A stretch of DNA of 62,862 nucleotides, filler included, from Octopus bimaculoides (lineage: Eukaryota), in NCBI RefSeq assembly GCF_001194135.2. It is 5 parts of 5 records of this genome, joined end to end, with 100 filler letters (N's around TTAATTAATTAA, not from the genome) between each part and the next. Parts side by side here need not be neighbours in the genome. Positions count along the whole stretch, not along the records: positions 23,221 to 53,338 come from NC_068996.1; 4 more parts are not named here. The stretch is one strand, 5' to 3'. The notes below the pieces were generated by a model, which was given only the letters and a program-made list of their open reading frames with translations, searched no databases and had not been told where the DNA came from. Made by a program: the position numbers and the translations under genes. Below, one piece after another: positions 39,331 through 51,599 of this stretch; the stretch's first letter is position 1; the number at the start of each line of letters is the position of its first letter.

Positions 39331-40164
39331 CGAAGTCTGATCAATATGTATCCGGACTGTTGCAATGGTAATAAAGCAGAGTGATGCCGCTTGGTGCAGA
39401 TTGACCTTGACATTGTGGTGCATGCGCTCTAAATTTTAACGTCCTAGCTCACTTCCGCTGTTTATAGCAATGCTTAGAAGGAATGTATAACGTGTGATCG
39501 TCGCATTGACCATGACAGAGAAAGTTGTCATGGTGACACCTGCTCAGAGGCCTACGGAAAGTTGCAGAAAATGTATGGAGAGGAGTGTATGAGTCTACGA
39601 GTGGTTCAGATGTTTCAAAGATGGACGAAAAATGTCGATATTGCCGAACGATCTGAGAAACCCGCAACCAACACAACTGAGAAAAACATCGCAGCTGTGA
39701 GTAGAATTCGTCGAATCACCATCCGTGAGTAATCAGAGGATGTGCAGATTAGTTACGGTTCAGTCCTGTCTATTATCACTGAAGAATTGGGTATGAGACA
39801 CATGTCTGCAAAGTTTGTGCCAAAATTGCTTTCAGCTGAAGAAAAAGACACTTGGGTTTCAGTTGCACAAGATCTCCTTCATTGTATAAACTTTGCTTAG
39901 GCCTCTGAGCAAGTATCGCCAAGCTTTTGGCAAAACCTGATGCAGATTCTCTGCTCAACTTTCTGTCATGGTCAATGCGACGATCGCTCGCACACACACG
40001 TTCCGTCCGAGCACTACTGTAAACAGCGGAAGTGAGCTAGAACGTTAAAACTTAGTGCGCATGCACAGCAGAGTCCAATGTCAGTCTGTGCCAAGCGCCT
40101 TTGCTCTACATGCTTTTCCTTTGTTACTACGGCAATAGTCCGGATACTTATTGATCTGACCACG
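39331..40164. mobile_element. Fold-back mariner derivative built from two inverted 5' ends
   Basis: TA flanks; both arms contain the 5' TIR, 5' UTR and transposase start (catgacaga..aagttg) pointing inward. Confidence 0.85.
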
Positions 40165-40229
40165 TATAGGGTGTTACAGAAATACAATATTGGGTTCAAA
40201 TATTCTCACAAATCCAGCAATTTTGAGGA

Positions 40230-40560
40230 AGAGGATAATCGATTATATCGACCCCAGTAATTGATTCGTACTTATTTTATCGACCCTAAAAATGTGAAAG
40301 GTAAAGTCGACCCAGACGGCATTTGAACTCAGAAAGTAATGTTGCAAGAAATGATGTTGCAAGACATTAAGCGTTTTGTCCGGCGTTTTGTCGTATATTG
40401 GTTTCAAATTTTGCCACAAAAACAGCAATTTCGAAGGAGGTGGAAGTCATTCACATCGACCCCAGTGCTCAACTGGTACTTATTTTATCGACTCCGAAAG
40501 GATGAAAATCAAAGTCAACCCCGTCAGAATTTGAACTCAGAACCCCGGTGTGCAAACGAT
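40230..40560 (-). mobile_element. Two tandem tRNA-head SINE fragments, family 4
   Basis: Repeated tcgaccccagt…tacttattttatcgacc…aaagtc(g/a)acc…atttgaactcagaa (minus-strand B-box gagttcaaat). Confidence 0.65.
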
Positions 40561-40849
40561 TCTGCCAGCTCGCAACCTTACAGGAATATAATGTGTGACA
40601 ACAGCGTTCTCTTTTCCCATTTGGCGCTCAGTAGACCTGTGTTAGGTAGTTACCACTACAGATTGGCGCTCAATTAGTTTACTCCTCTAGTAATGTACTT
40701 TATTCACCGAGGAAGGATGGAAGAAGTGGGTGACCTCGGTCGGATTTGAACTCAGGATATAAAGACCTGGAACAAATACCATTTTTTCAATCGACGCTAA
40801 AAGAATTCAGCTATTGTATGTAACAGCTGGTAACTTAAATAAAAATAAT

Positions 40850-41270
<421 letters not shown>

Positions 41271-41344
41271 ATTAAAGAATATTGAGAGTTGTAGTCCCTA
41301 CGAACTTGAAATATCAATGAAGCGTCATATAAAATAGTCAAATA

Positions 41345-41560
41345 AATATAGGGAGAATTCACAAAAAAAAAAAAAAAAGACGAAAACAGATGGTGTAGAA
41401 AACAAACATATGTATTAGTTTAACGCTCGGAAAGTGAGAAAGTCTTTAACGTTTCGAGCCTACGCTCTTTCCACAAAAAGGAACGCGGAAAGAAACAAGG
41501 AGAGGAACAAGGAGAGAAAATAAAGAATGTGTAGTGGCTAGCGATCTATCATGTGTGTGT
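41345..41560 (-). mobile_element. Short repeat with hammerhead-like motif, second family (other copy 23560-23640)
   Basis: Minus strand cttt-ttgtgga-aa-gagc-gtag-gctc-gaaa-cgtt-aaag. Confidence 0.5.
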
Positions 41561-42444
41561 GTGTGTGTGTGTNNNNNNNNNNNNNNNNNNNNNNNNNNNN
41601 NNNNNNNNNNNNNNNNNNNNNNNNNNNNNNNNNNNNNNNNNNNNNNNNNNNNNNNNNNNNNNNNNNNNNNNNNNNNNNNNNNNNNNNNNNNNNNNNNNNN
41701 NNNNNNNNNNNNNNNNNNNNNNNNNNNNNNNNNNNNNNNNNNNNNNNNNNNNNNNNNNNNNNNNNNNNNNNNNNNNNNNNNNNNNNNNNNNNNNNNNNNN
41801 NNNNNNNNNNNNNNNNNNNNNNNNNNNNNNNNNNNNNNNNNNNNNNNNNNNNNNNNNNNNNNNNNNNNNNNNNNNNNNNNNNNNNNNNNNNNNNNNNNNN
41901 NNNNNNNNNNNNNNNNNNNNNNNNNNNNNNNNNNNNNNNNNNNNNNNNNNNNNNNNNNNNNNNNNNNNNNNNNNNNNNNNNNNNNNNNNNNNNNNNNNNN
42001 NNNNNNNNNNNNNNNNNNNNNNNNNNNNNNNNNNNNNNNNNNNNNNNNNNNNNNNNNNNNNNNNNNNNNNNNNNNNNNNNNNNNNNNNNNNNNNNNNNNN
42101 NNNNNNNNNNNNNNNNNNNNNNNNNNNNNNNNNNNNNNNNNNNNNNNNNNNNNNNNNNNNNNNNNNNNNNNNNNNGACAGGAGAATATCATCAAATTTAT
42201 ACAAAACTGTTTGATTGAATATTCTTCTTTCTCTCTTTTTCTTTTCTTTTTCTGTCGTCTTCCTTTTTCTTTCTTTCTTTCTGCTTATTAAAAAACTGAC
42301 AAAAGCTGATGATGTCATTCTATCAACGTATGGACGCTGATTACTCACGTTCATAGTCTACGTTTGGTTTCTGAAATTTTGAATTTTCAATCACCTTTTG
42401 GTTTGAACTTGAGAAAGACAGACGTTCTGTAGAAATGTTGTTCA

Positions 42445-42488
<44 letters not shown>

Positions 42489-42504
42489 TAATAATAATAA
42501 TAAA

Positions 42505-42640
42505 ATAACATCGAAAAATACCTTAGGAATAAGAACCCAGGTTCGAAATGTGTCCTCTGATGAAGGCTGGCGGGTATATCAGCCGAACAAACAAGATGAG
42601 GGACAAATATCCGTCAATTGTAAATAATGTAAATAATGTA
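42505..42640 (+). mobile_element. Second copy of the hammerhead-bearing short repeat (deletion after GAA)
   Basis: ctgatga-a-ggctg-gcgggtatat-cagcc-gaa, preceded by (AAT)n and followed by the tgtaaataatgt tail. Confidence 0.7.
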
Positions 42641-42876
42641 TTTTCGATATTCTAAAAGAAAATACTTAGTGACAGAATAAAAACATACACAAAATTTAAA
42701 AACAAAAAAAAAATACATTGAGACACTGGTCTGCATCGGCAAAGATTGTACTTATTGGTGTTTATTAAAGTAAAATTATTTTAACCGGATATGATACTAA
42801 TCCCGTGTCAAAGAGAGAGAATACATATAAAGGATATCAACTGAGGCCGTATCCTCAAACACACGTATATATTGAT

Positions 42877-43800
42877 CATCATCATCGTCATCAAGATCTG
42901 TTAATTGACGCAGCCAGTCGTTAGAGTATCCCTCTCGACGCTTTCGTAGTCAGCCGTCGCAAAGATGTTGATATTGTATAGGATGTTTAATAGCCTTAGG
43001 AAGCACTTGCGCTCAAATGCAGGGATTCATAGCTCCATTTCAGCTGTAAGAGACAAGCTCTCGCAGTCATACAGGAGGATCGAAGTCACTAGAGACCTGT
43101 ATATTTTTAGCTTTGTTGGAAAACGAATGAAATTGTTTTTCCGTATGTTGTTCAGCTTCGTCATGACAGCAGAGGATGAGATTAGTTTTGAGATAATAAC
43201 AAGACTCATCTTAGCCTTTGCTTTGAGATTTGCAGTCTTTGGTCAAAGTGGATCCTAAGTATTTGGAGTCGTTCACTTCATCAAAACTCTCTCCATTTAG
43301 CATGATGCTGGTTGCTTTTGTTGTTACTGTGAACCAGGATTTTGCTTTTTTTCTAGGCTGATATCCATCCCAGACAGGATTTAGGTCCCAAAGGTGTACA
43401 GTGGAGCAGATTTTTAACATTAGACTGCTCACTAGAAAGCACCAGTCTAACCTCTAACGAAACTTCCTCGAATTAAGAAAAGCGTTTGACTGTTTGGCAC
43501 GATGGGTTGTGGCAGATGATGAAGAATTACAGCTTCAACAACCTTACAGAATTAATCCAAGCACTCCTTCAATTTTCAAACAGTGCAGTTCTTCAGAGCA
43601 ATATCGTATAATTCTTCAAGATAACAGTTGGTATTTGACAAGGATACCTCCTCTCTCCGGTGCTTTTCAACACCTTCCTGTTTCCATTGGAAGACGGCCC
43701 ATTTCCAGCCTGCGCGTTGCTGAAGATATTGTCTTGTTACGAAGCAGTAAAGCAGAACAATAGAAACTCACCGCCAGACTTGAAAAAGTATCAGTAGATA
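42877..43800 (-). mobile_element. RTE-clade LINE with inverted 5' segment (43371-43800 on +)
   Basis: Minus part: GMDISLEKSKIL, KYLGSTL, KIYRSLVTSILLYDCES, (GAT)n tail. Plus part: QTGFRSQRCTVEQIFNIR, KAFD, WHDGLW, QGYLLSPVLFN, LRVAEDIVLL. Confidence 0.88.
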
Positions 43801-45140
43801 CACGCACACACATAGTTTCCGTCTACAAACGTTCGTTTCCATGCTTTTGTTTTTTATGTTCTCGTTTCTCATTTTGTTCACGTTTTCTTTTTACGTCTTG
43901 TACCCATATATGCATGTATATATACATATATATGTAGGCATGTACATGTATGTGTGTATATATGCATATATATATATATATATATATTATTTATATTATT
44001 ATATGATCGAACGCCACGCATCCATTTCCAAGTAAGTTTATTCNNNNNNNNNNNNNNNNNNNNNNNNNNNNNNNNNNNNNNNNNNNNNNNNNNNNNNNNN
44101 NNNNNNNNNNNNNNNNNNNNNNNNNNNNNNNNNNNNNNNNNNNNNNNNNNNNNNNNNNNNNNNNNNNNNNNNNNNNNNNNNNNNNNNNNNNNNNNNNNNN
44201 NNNNNNNNNNNNNNNNNNNNNNNNNNNNNNNNNNNNNNNNNNNNNNNNNNNNNNNNNNNNNNNNNNNNNNNNNNNNNNNNNNNNNNNNNNNNNNNNNNNN
44301 NNNNNNNNNNNNNNNNNNNNNNNNNNNNNNNNNNNNNNNNNNNNNNNNNNNNNNNNNNNNNNNNNNNNNNNNNNNNNNNNNNNNNNNNNNNNNNNNNNNN
44401 NNNNNNNNNNNNNNNNNNNNNNNNNNNNNNNNNNNNNNNNNNNNNNNNNNNNNNNNNNNNNNNNNNNNNNNNNNNNNNNNNNNNNNNNNNNNNNNNNNNN
44501 NNNNNNNNNNNNNNNNNNNNNNNNNNNNNNNNNNNNNNNNNNNNNNNNNNNNNNNNNNNNNNNNNNNNNNNNNNNNNNNNNNNNNNNNNNNNNNNNNNNN
44601 NNNNNNNNNNNNNNNNNNNNNNNNNNNNNNNNNNNNNNNNNNNNNNNNNNNNNNNNNNNNNNNNNNNNNNNNNNNNNNNNNNNNNNNNNNNNNNNNNNNN
44701 NNNNNNNNNNNNNNNNNNNNNNNNNNNNNNNNNNNNNNNNNNNNNNNNNNNNNNNNNNNNNNNNNNNNNNNNNNNNNNTGGTGGTGGTGGTGGTGGTGGT
44801 GGTGGTTGTTTTGGTGGTGGTGTTGGTGGTGGTGGTTGGAGGTAAGCTGTCGCCGAGGTATTGGTGACATGCTGAAATAGTTACATTGTGTGGATTACTC
44901 GCTGAAAAATGTACGGTTTTCTTTCATAGTTTCTATTTAATAGTAGAATAGGTAAAATAGATACATTGTATGTATGTATGTATGTATGTATGTATGTATA
45001 GATGGAAGGATGGATGGATACATACATATGTATGTATTATCTAAGTATGTGTGTATGTATATAATGTATGTAAGTAATGTATTTATTGTATCTACGTACC
45101 ATGTATGCGTATGATTCAGCATGAATACATACATACATAC

Positions 45141-45177
<37 letters not shown>

Positions 45178-46084
45178 NNNNNNNNNNNNNNNNNNNNNNN
45201 NNNNNNNNNNNNNNNNNNNNNNNNNNNNNNNNNNNNNNNNNNNNNNNNNNNNNNNNNNNNNNNNNNNNNNNNNNNNNNNNNNNNNNNNNNNNNNNNNNNN
45301 NNNNNNNNNNNNNNNNNNNNNNNNNNNNNNNNNNNNNNNNNNNNNNNNNNNNNNNNNNNNNNNNNNNNNNNNNNNNNNNNNNNNNNNNNNNNNNNNNNNN
45401 NNNNNNNNNNNNNNNNNNNNNNNNNNNNNNNNNNNNNNNNNNNNNNNNNNNNNNNNNNNNNNNNNNNNNNNNNNNNNNNNNNNNNNNNNNNNNNNNNNNN
45501 NNNNNNNNNNNNNNNNNNNNNNNNNNNNNNNNNNNNNNNNNNNNNNNNNNNNNNNNNNNNNNNNNNNNNNNNNNNNNNNNNNNNNNNNNNNNNNNNNNNN
45601 NNNNNNNNNNNNNNNNNNNNNNNNNNNNNNNNNNNNNNNNNNNNNNNNNNNNNNNNNNNNNNNNNNNNNNNNNNNNNNNNNNNNNNNNNNNNNNNNNNNN
45701 NNNNNNNNNNNNNNNNNNNNNNNNNNNNNNNNNNNNNNNNNNNNNNNNNNNNNNNNNNNNNNNNNNNNNNNNNNNNNNNNNNNNNNNNNNNNNNNNNNNN
45801 NNNNNNNNNNNNNNNNNNNNNNNNNNNNNNNNNNNNNNNNNNNNNNNNNNNNNNNNNNNNNNNNNNNNNNNNNNNNNNNNNNNNNNNNNNNNNNNNNNNN
45901 NNNNNNNNNNNNNNNNNNNNNNNNNNNNNNNNNNNNNNNNNNNNNNNNNNNNNNNNNNNNNNNNNNNNNNNNNNNNNNNNNNNNNNNNNNNNNNNNNNNN
46001 NNNNNNNAATACAATGTCTGCAAGTTTATGAATACCACCTATTCCCCTTCATTTTCTTATTGCTATATATATATATATATATAT

Positions 46085-46158
46085 TAGCTCCGACCAGAGC
46101 TTTGTGAGTGGATTTCGTACACACAAATTGAAAGAAGACTGTCGTTTATATGTTAATA

Positions 46159-46208
<50 letters not shown>

Positions 46209-46420
46209 TGTGTCTGTGTATGTGTGTCTGTATTAGTACCCCCACCATCACTTGACAACCGATGTTGCTGTCTTTGTATCCCGTAGCGGTTCGGCAGAAG
46301 GTACCGATCGTATAAGTACTAGGCTTACAAAGAATAAATCCTGGGGTCGATTTGTTCGACTACAGGTGGTGCTCCTGCATTGCCGCAGTCACATGACTAA
46401 AAGAAGTTAAACAATAAAAA
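46085..46420 (+). mobile_element. Head-truncated SINE family 1 copy with (TG)n core
   Basis: gaccagagctttgtgagtggattt…, TG run, cacttgacaaccgatg…aagaataaatcctggggtcg. Confidence 0.85.
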
Positions 46421-46754
46421 AATATGCCATTTTAATCCCGAGGAACGCCTGGTATCTCTGCTAGTATCGCATTACAATAGAGATGTCATTGTGTCATGTA
46501 ATATTGAAACAGTCTAAGAGAATGATCAAAGCTCGCATTAGGCAAGAAGTAGGACATTTTTATGGCCCATGAAACTCCATAGACCCTAAGTAATGAATGT
46601 GTAAAAGTTGAATGAAATCAGTTGGGCAGTTCTCGAGTTTTAATGGTGCACACATACAGACGCACACACAGACAGTCAGACAGACAGTCAGATAGACAAA
46701 TCAATAAAATCATCAATAAATACATTACTTATATACATTACATACACACACACA

Positions 46755-47350
46755 TGGATACATACTCATCAAGAGAGTTAATCGAAGTATTATTATTATA
46801 TTATAATATCTCCTTAAATTCATTAGTACACAACATACAAAAATTACTACCTATACGATAAGATTTCGCCAATTTAAAATGTAGTTTAATATTTTTAGAT
46901 TTTAGTTCCCAAATATATTTACTAAGGCCAATAGAATTAATCAAATTTCTATTCTTAAAGGAATTCATGTGTTCAGCCACACGTAATTTAATTTTATTCT
47001 AAGTCGACCCAATGTAAATCTTATTTAAATTATAACCATTAAATTTATTCCCATCAATTAAAGTCACTATACATTTATACACCATATCCTTCAAATCACA
47101 TTTAGTATTAAATTTACATTTGGTCTTATCTCTACATGTACAATTAATTATATCCTGCTCCTTATTATTATTATTAGAATAAGTATTTAATTTATATTTG
47201 TAAAACTTATTTGACTTAAATCTATTAAAAGAAGATATAATGTTACCAACATTATTAGTAGTAGAATAACCAACTCCCAAATTATTACTAGAAAGAAAAT
47301 TATATTTTTTATTATCTCTAGGATTATATCAATTAAAGTGTGTATTAATT
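46755..47350 (-). pseudogene. Penelope-like element linker plus GIY-YIG endonuclease (two stops)
   Basis: CTCRDKTKCKFNTKCDLKDMVYK…IYIGST*NKIKLRVAEHMNSFKN…LSKYIWELK…CMLCTNE. Confidence 0.88.
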
Positions 47351-47562
47351 AGTACGTTAATATTTTTAGTGAATATTATATATTAATCAATAAATTATTT
47401 AAATATTTTAATTAATTTATTTAATGTAAATATATCAATTTATAGTATTTTAGCTTCCTTCATGTATATTATCTAATTTACTTATTTTTTTCTTTTATTT
47501 ATTGGAAAAAGATTTTTTTTATTTGAAATATATACATTGATTTTATTTTTATTATTGTATTT

Positions 47563-47671
47563 TGACCTGAAGATTAGCTATATTTTTGATTTTCGATCGA
47601 TTTAATTTGTATAGATTTGATTTTTATTTTATTTACTATTTTAAAATATGGTTATGAAACACATGTAGTCA
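47563..47671 (+). ncRNA. Candidate type I hammerhead ribozyme in the Penelope pseudo-LTR
   Basis: Stem I tgac/gtca, core CTGAAGA and GAAA, 12-bp stem II (47575-86 with 47643-54), stem III aca/tgt, GUA cleavage triplet. Confidence 0.65.
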
Positions 47672-48213
47672 TTTTTACTATTTTAATATTTATTACTTTC
47701 TACTTTTTTGATTTTTCTATAGGTCTTAGTGTATTTACTTATTAAATTTTTCTATATGTGAGTGTAGATTTTCATGGATGAATTAAATAATTGTTGTTTT
47801 TTCGATAAATTATATATATATATATATATATANNNNNNNNNNNNNNNNNNNNNNNNNNNNNNNNNNNNNNNNNNNNNNNNNNNNNNNNNNNNNNNNNNNN
47901 NNNNNNNNNNNNNNNNNNNNNNNNNNNNNNNNNNNNNNNNNNNNNNNNNNNNNNNNNNNNNNNNNNNNNNNNNNNNNNNNNNNNNNNNNNNNNNNNNNNN
48001 NNNNNNNNNNNNNNNNNNNNNNNNNNNNNNNNNNNNNNNNNNNNNNNNNNNNNNNNNNNNNNNNNNNNNNNNNNNNNNNNNNNNNNNNNNNNNNNNNNNN
48101 NNNNNNNNNNNNNNNNNNNNNNNNNNNNNNNNNNNNNNNNNNNNNNNNNNNNNNNNNNNNNNNNNNNNNNNNNNNNNNNNNNNNNNNNNNNNNNNNNNNN
48201 NNNNNNNNNNNNN

Positions 48214-48252
<39 letters not shown>

Positions 48253-48314
48253 ATATACAGATTTATATATATATGTATACATGCGCATATACATATCTAC
48301 ATATATGTGTACAT

Positions 48315-48390
<76 letters not shown>

Positions 48391-49156
48391 AAGAGAAAGA
48401 GAGACAGAGACAGAGAGAAAGAGAGAGACAGAGAGAAACTTTCTTGCCTTATGTGGTATCCCTTACAAATAGAAATAATAGCGCTGGATCTGAGATAGAT
48501 CTGACTGCTTTTAAGTAACCACAAGAAATATTTTTAAAAATTCCCTGAAACCACAGTATACTAACATTACAAAAGTAAAAGTCCTAGATGTGCAAAAGAA
48601 TTATAATAAAGTAAATGGGATTGTTACGATTGGAATGCTTTTCAAAGAGGACTAGTGTGTGTTTAAGCAACAACAAAAGCAAACACAAGAGCAGCAGTAA
48701 CAATAGTAGCATAAATACACTCCTTCATCATTATTTTGTTCATATTTTAGTTTTCTTCCTTGCAAAAGACCAAGAAAAGAACAAAGATAAATTCCTACGT
48801 CATTGAAAAGATGATCTTTAAATTAAGCGCTGCCTTTCGATGAAGCTGCGCTCTGTTTCACTGCATAACAAATAAACTACCCGTGTCGAAACGCTGATTT
48901 TGTCATTGGCTATGTCGTTCGTTTTATGTTGTTCAAATATATAATAGAGACTACAGGAGACTTGTCCTTCAAACGGTGTCAGCTTGTAAGCATAATATAT
49001 ATATTATATATAATGATATAATGATATATAATATATATTTCTATGCATGTGTGTGTACGTGTGGGTACGTACATATCATTATATACATCTACACACACAC
49101 ACATATATATATATGCGCACATGTAAATGTCTGTATGCATGTATATATACATACAT

Positions 49157-49210
<54 letters not shown>

Positions 49211-49214
49211 CGCG

Positions 49215-49266
<52 letters not shown>

Positions 49267-50558
49267 GAGGGATGGATGAATGGATGTACGTACGTACGTA
49301 CGTAAATAGGAGAATAAATTATTCCACACGAGTTGAAGTATAGAAAAAAGGAAAAAGTTAAAAAAGCAATTAAAGAGATTTTCTTCAGAAAAATTGATAT
49401 ACAAATACTTAACCGGTTTTATATGTGTGTATATGTACATATACATTTTTTCATATATATATGTGTATATATATATATATATNNNNNNNNNNNNNNNNNN
49501 NNNNNNNNNNNNNNNNNNNNNNNNNNNNNNNNNNNNNNNNNNNNNNNNNNNNNNNNNNNNNNNNNNNNNNNNNNNNNNNNNNNNNNNNNNNNNNNNNNNN
49601 NNNNNNNNNNNNNNNNNNNNNNNNNNNNNNNNNNNNNNNNNNNNNNNNNNNNNNNNNNNNNNNNNNNNNNNNNNNNNNNNNNNNNNNNNNNNNNNNNNNN
49701 NNNNNNNNNNNNNNNNNNNNNNNNNNNNNNNNNNNNNNNNNNNNNNNNNNNNNNNNNNNNNNNNNNNNNNNNNNNNNNNNNNNNNNNNNNNNNNNNNNNN
49801 NNNNNNNNNNNNNNNNNNNNNNNNNNNNNNNNNNNNNNNNNNNNNNNNNNNNNNNNNNNNNNNNNNNNNNNNNNNNNNNNNNNNNNNNNNNNNNNNNNNN
49901 NNNNNNNNNNNNNNNNNNNNNNNNNNNNNNNNNNNNNNNNNNNNNNNNNNNNNNNNNNNNNNNNNNNNNNNNNNNNNNNNNNNNNNNNNNNNNNNNNNNN
50001 NNNNNNNNNNNNNNNNNNNNNNNNNNNNNNNNNNNNNNNNNNNNNNNNNNNNNNNNNNNNNNNNNNNNNNNNNNNNNNNNNNNNNNNNNNNNTATATATA
50101 TATATATATGAGTGCGTGTATGCATGTGTATACACATGTATATGTATGTATGTGTATATGTATATCTGTGTGTGTGTTTTATGCAAATATATGAGTTGTA
50201 CTTGTTTATCGAGTGACTTTATCGTGTATTGAAACTGAAACAATGGTATCATAGACGTGTCATGTTAACTCTTTACATGTAGATAAATACTGTCGTGCTC
50301 ATACAATTTTTTTTTTCTCTTTTCGTCTTAATAATACAGTATTATTTCTTAATAGTTCTTTACTATGAAGTGTCAAAAGTGTCATCGTACCTCTTGCTTC
50401 ATAGTCGCTGACATATTTCCATTGCAGTTCAGAGACTCTGTGGAATCGGGACCCAGAAAATTGCTAAGAAACTATTTGACATTCATAATAGATTGTTCTG
50501 CTGAAAATAAACAAAGTCATGAAAACTTCGTGTGCGAAAATATATTCGTTTATTACAG

Positions 50559-50634
<76 letters not shown>

Positions 50635-50635
50635 A

Positions 50636-50725
<90 letters not shown>

Positions 50726-51599
50726 TGATTGCATATATTTGTGTGTGTGTATATATATACACACACACACATATAAATATACATGTACATATATGATTGT
50801 ATATATATATGTGTGTGTGTGTGCGTGTGTGGGTGTGTGTGTGTATACACAGATATGTGTGTATGTGTATGCGTGCGTGTTTGTCTGTGTGTCTGTGTGT
50901 ATTTAGGAAACAGTTTCACTCGGATATGAGCTGAGAAGTAATTGCCACTGAAAGTCGGGCGAAAGTGGTTAATGCTCCCCTAGCTACTGCCCGACTGTCA
51001 TTCCGAATCTCAAGAAATATGTCATTAACCTAAAGCACCAGCTTTTCCGCTTCTATTGGGAAGGATAGTTTCCACTGGTTAGGAAATTTGTCTGCTGTCA
51101 ACTCCAACTCCCTCTCTGTGGCTGATATGACCGCAGAAATATACTTACCAGCAACAGTGATGACGATGGCGGAAATGTAAGTGAAACAGTGTGGGCGTTT
51201 TTCGTGCAATGTTCCTTTCTGCAGCTCATCACTTTGATCAAGCTTTGAACGAGTAACCAAGGATCAGTCGTAAACGAAAATTGGGCATCTAGTGGTTACC
51301 AGCCAACCACTGCACGAGGAGCTGAACAACGCTATCAGCTGGAACATAACTCTTGCATTCAATAGAATCTTAGTCAGGGTATGGGCGACAATGGTCTGGA
51401 AGTGGTTTTGAGCTTTGATGAGAACAATCTGAGCAGTCTCTTGAGAAGAGCTTACAAGTCGGTGACCATGGGGACAGCTTCCAATAGTCCTTGCTTTGAC
51501 AGTGTTATGGGAATGGGGCTGCCATACATAGTCAAGACAAGTTCTTCGGACATGGATGGGCCAACAGCCGAACCTGTCCATGATGCTCTCAAAAGGACG

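Noticed and set aside
48835-48900. cgatgaag…gaaacgct, superficially hammerhead-like
   Set aside because: The core lacks the U of CUGA, and no stem II or stem I pairing could be drawn.
51030-51260. Minus-strand ORF with VAGKYISAVI resembling an RTE RT motif
   Set aside because: The match is short and the adjacent plus strand fits a Tx1-like ORF2; assignment unresolved, so not called.
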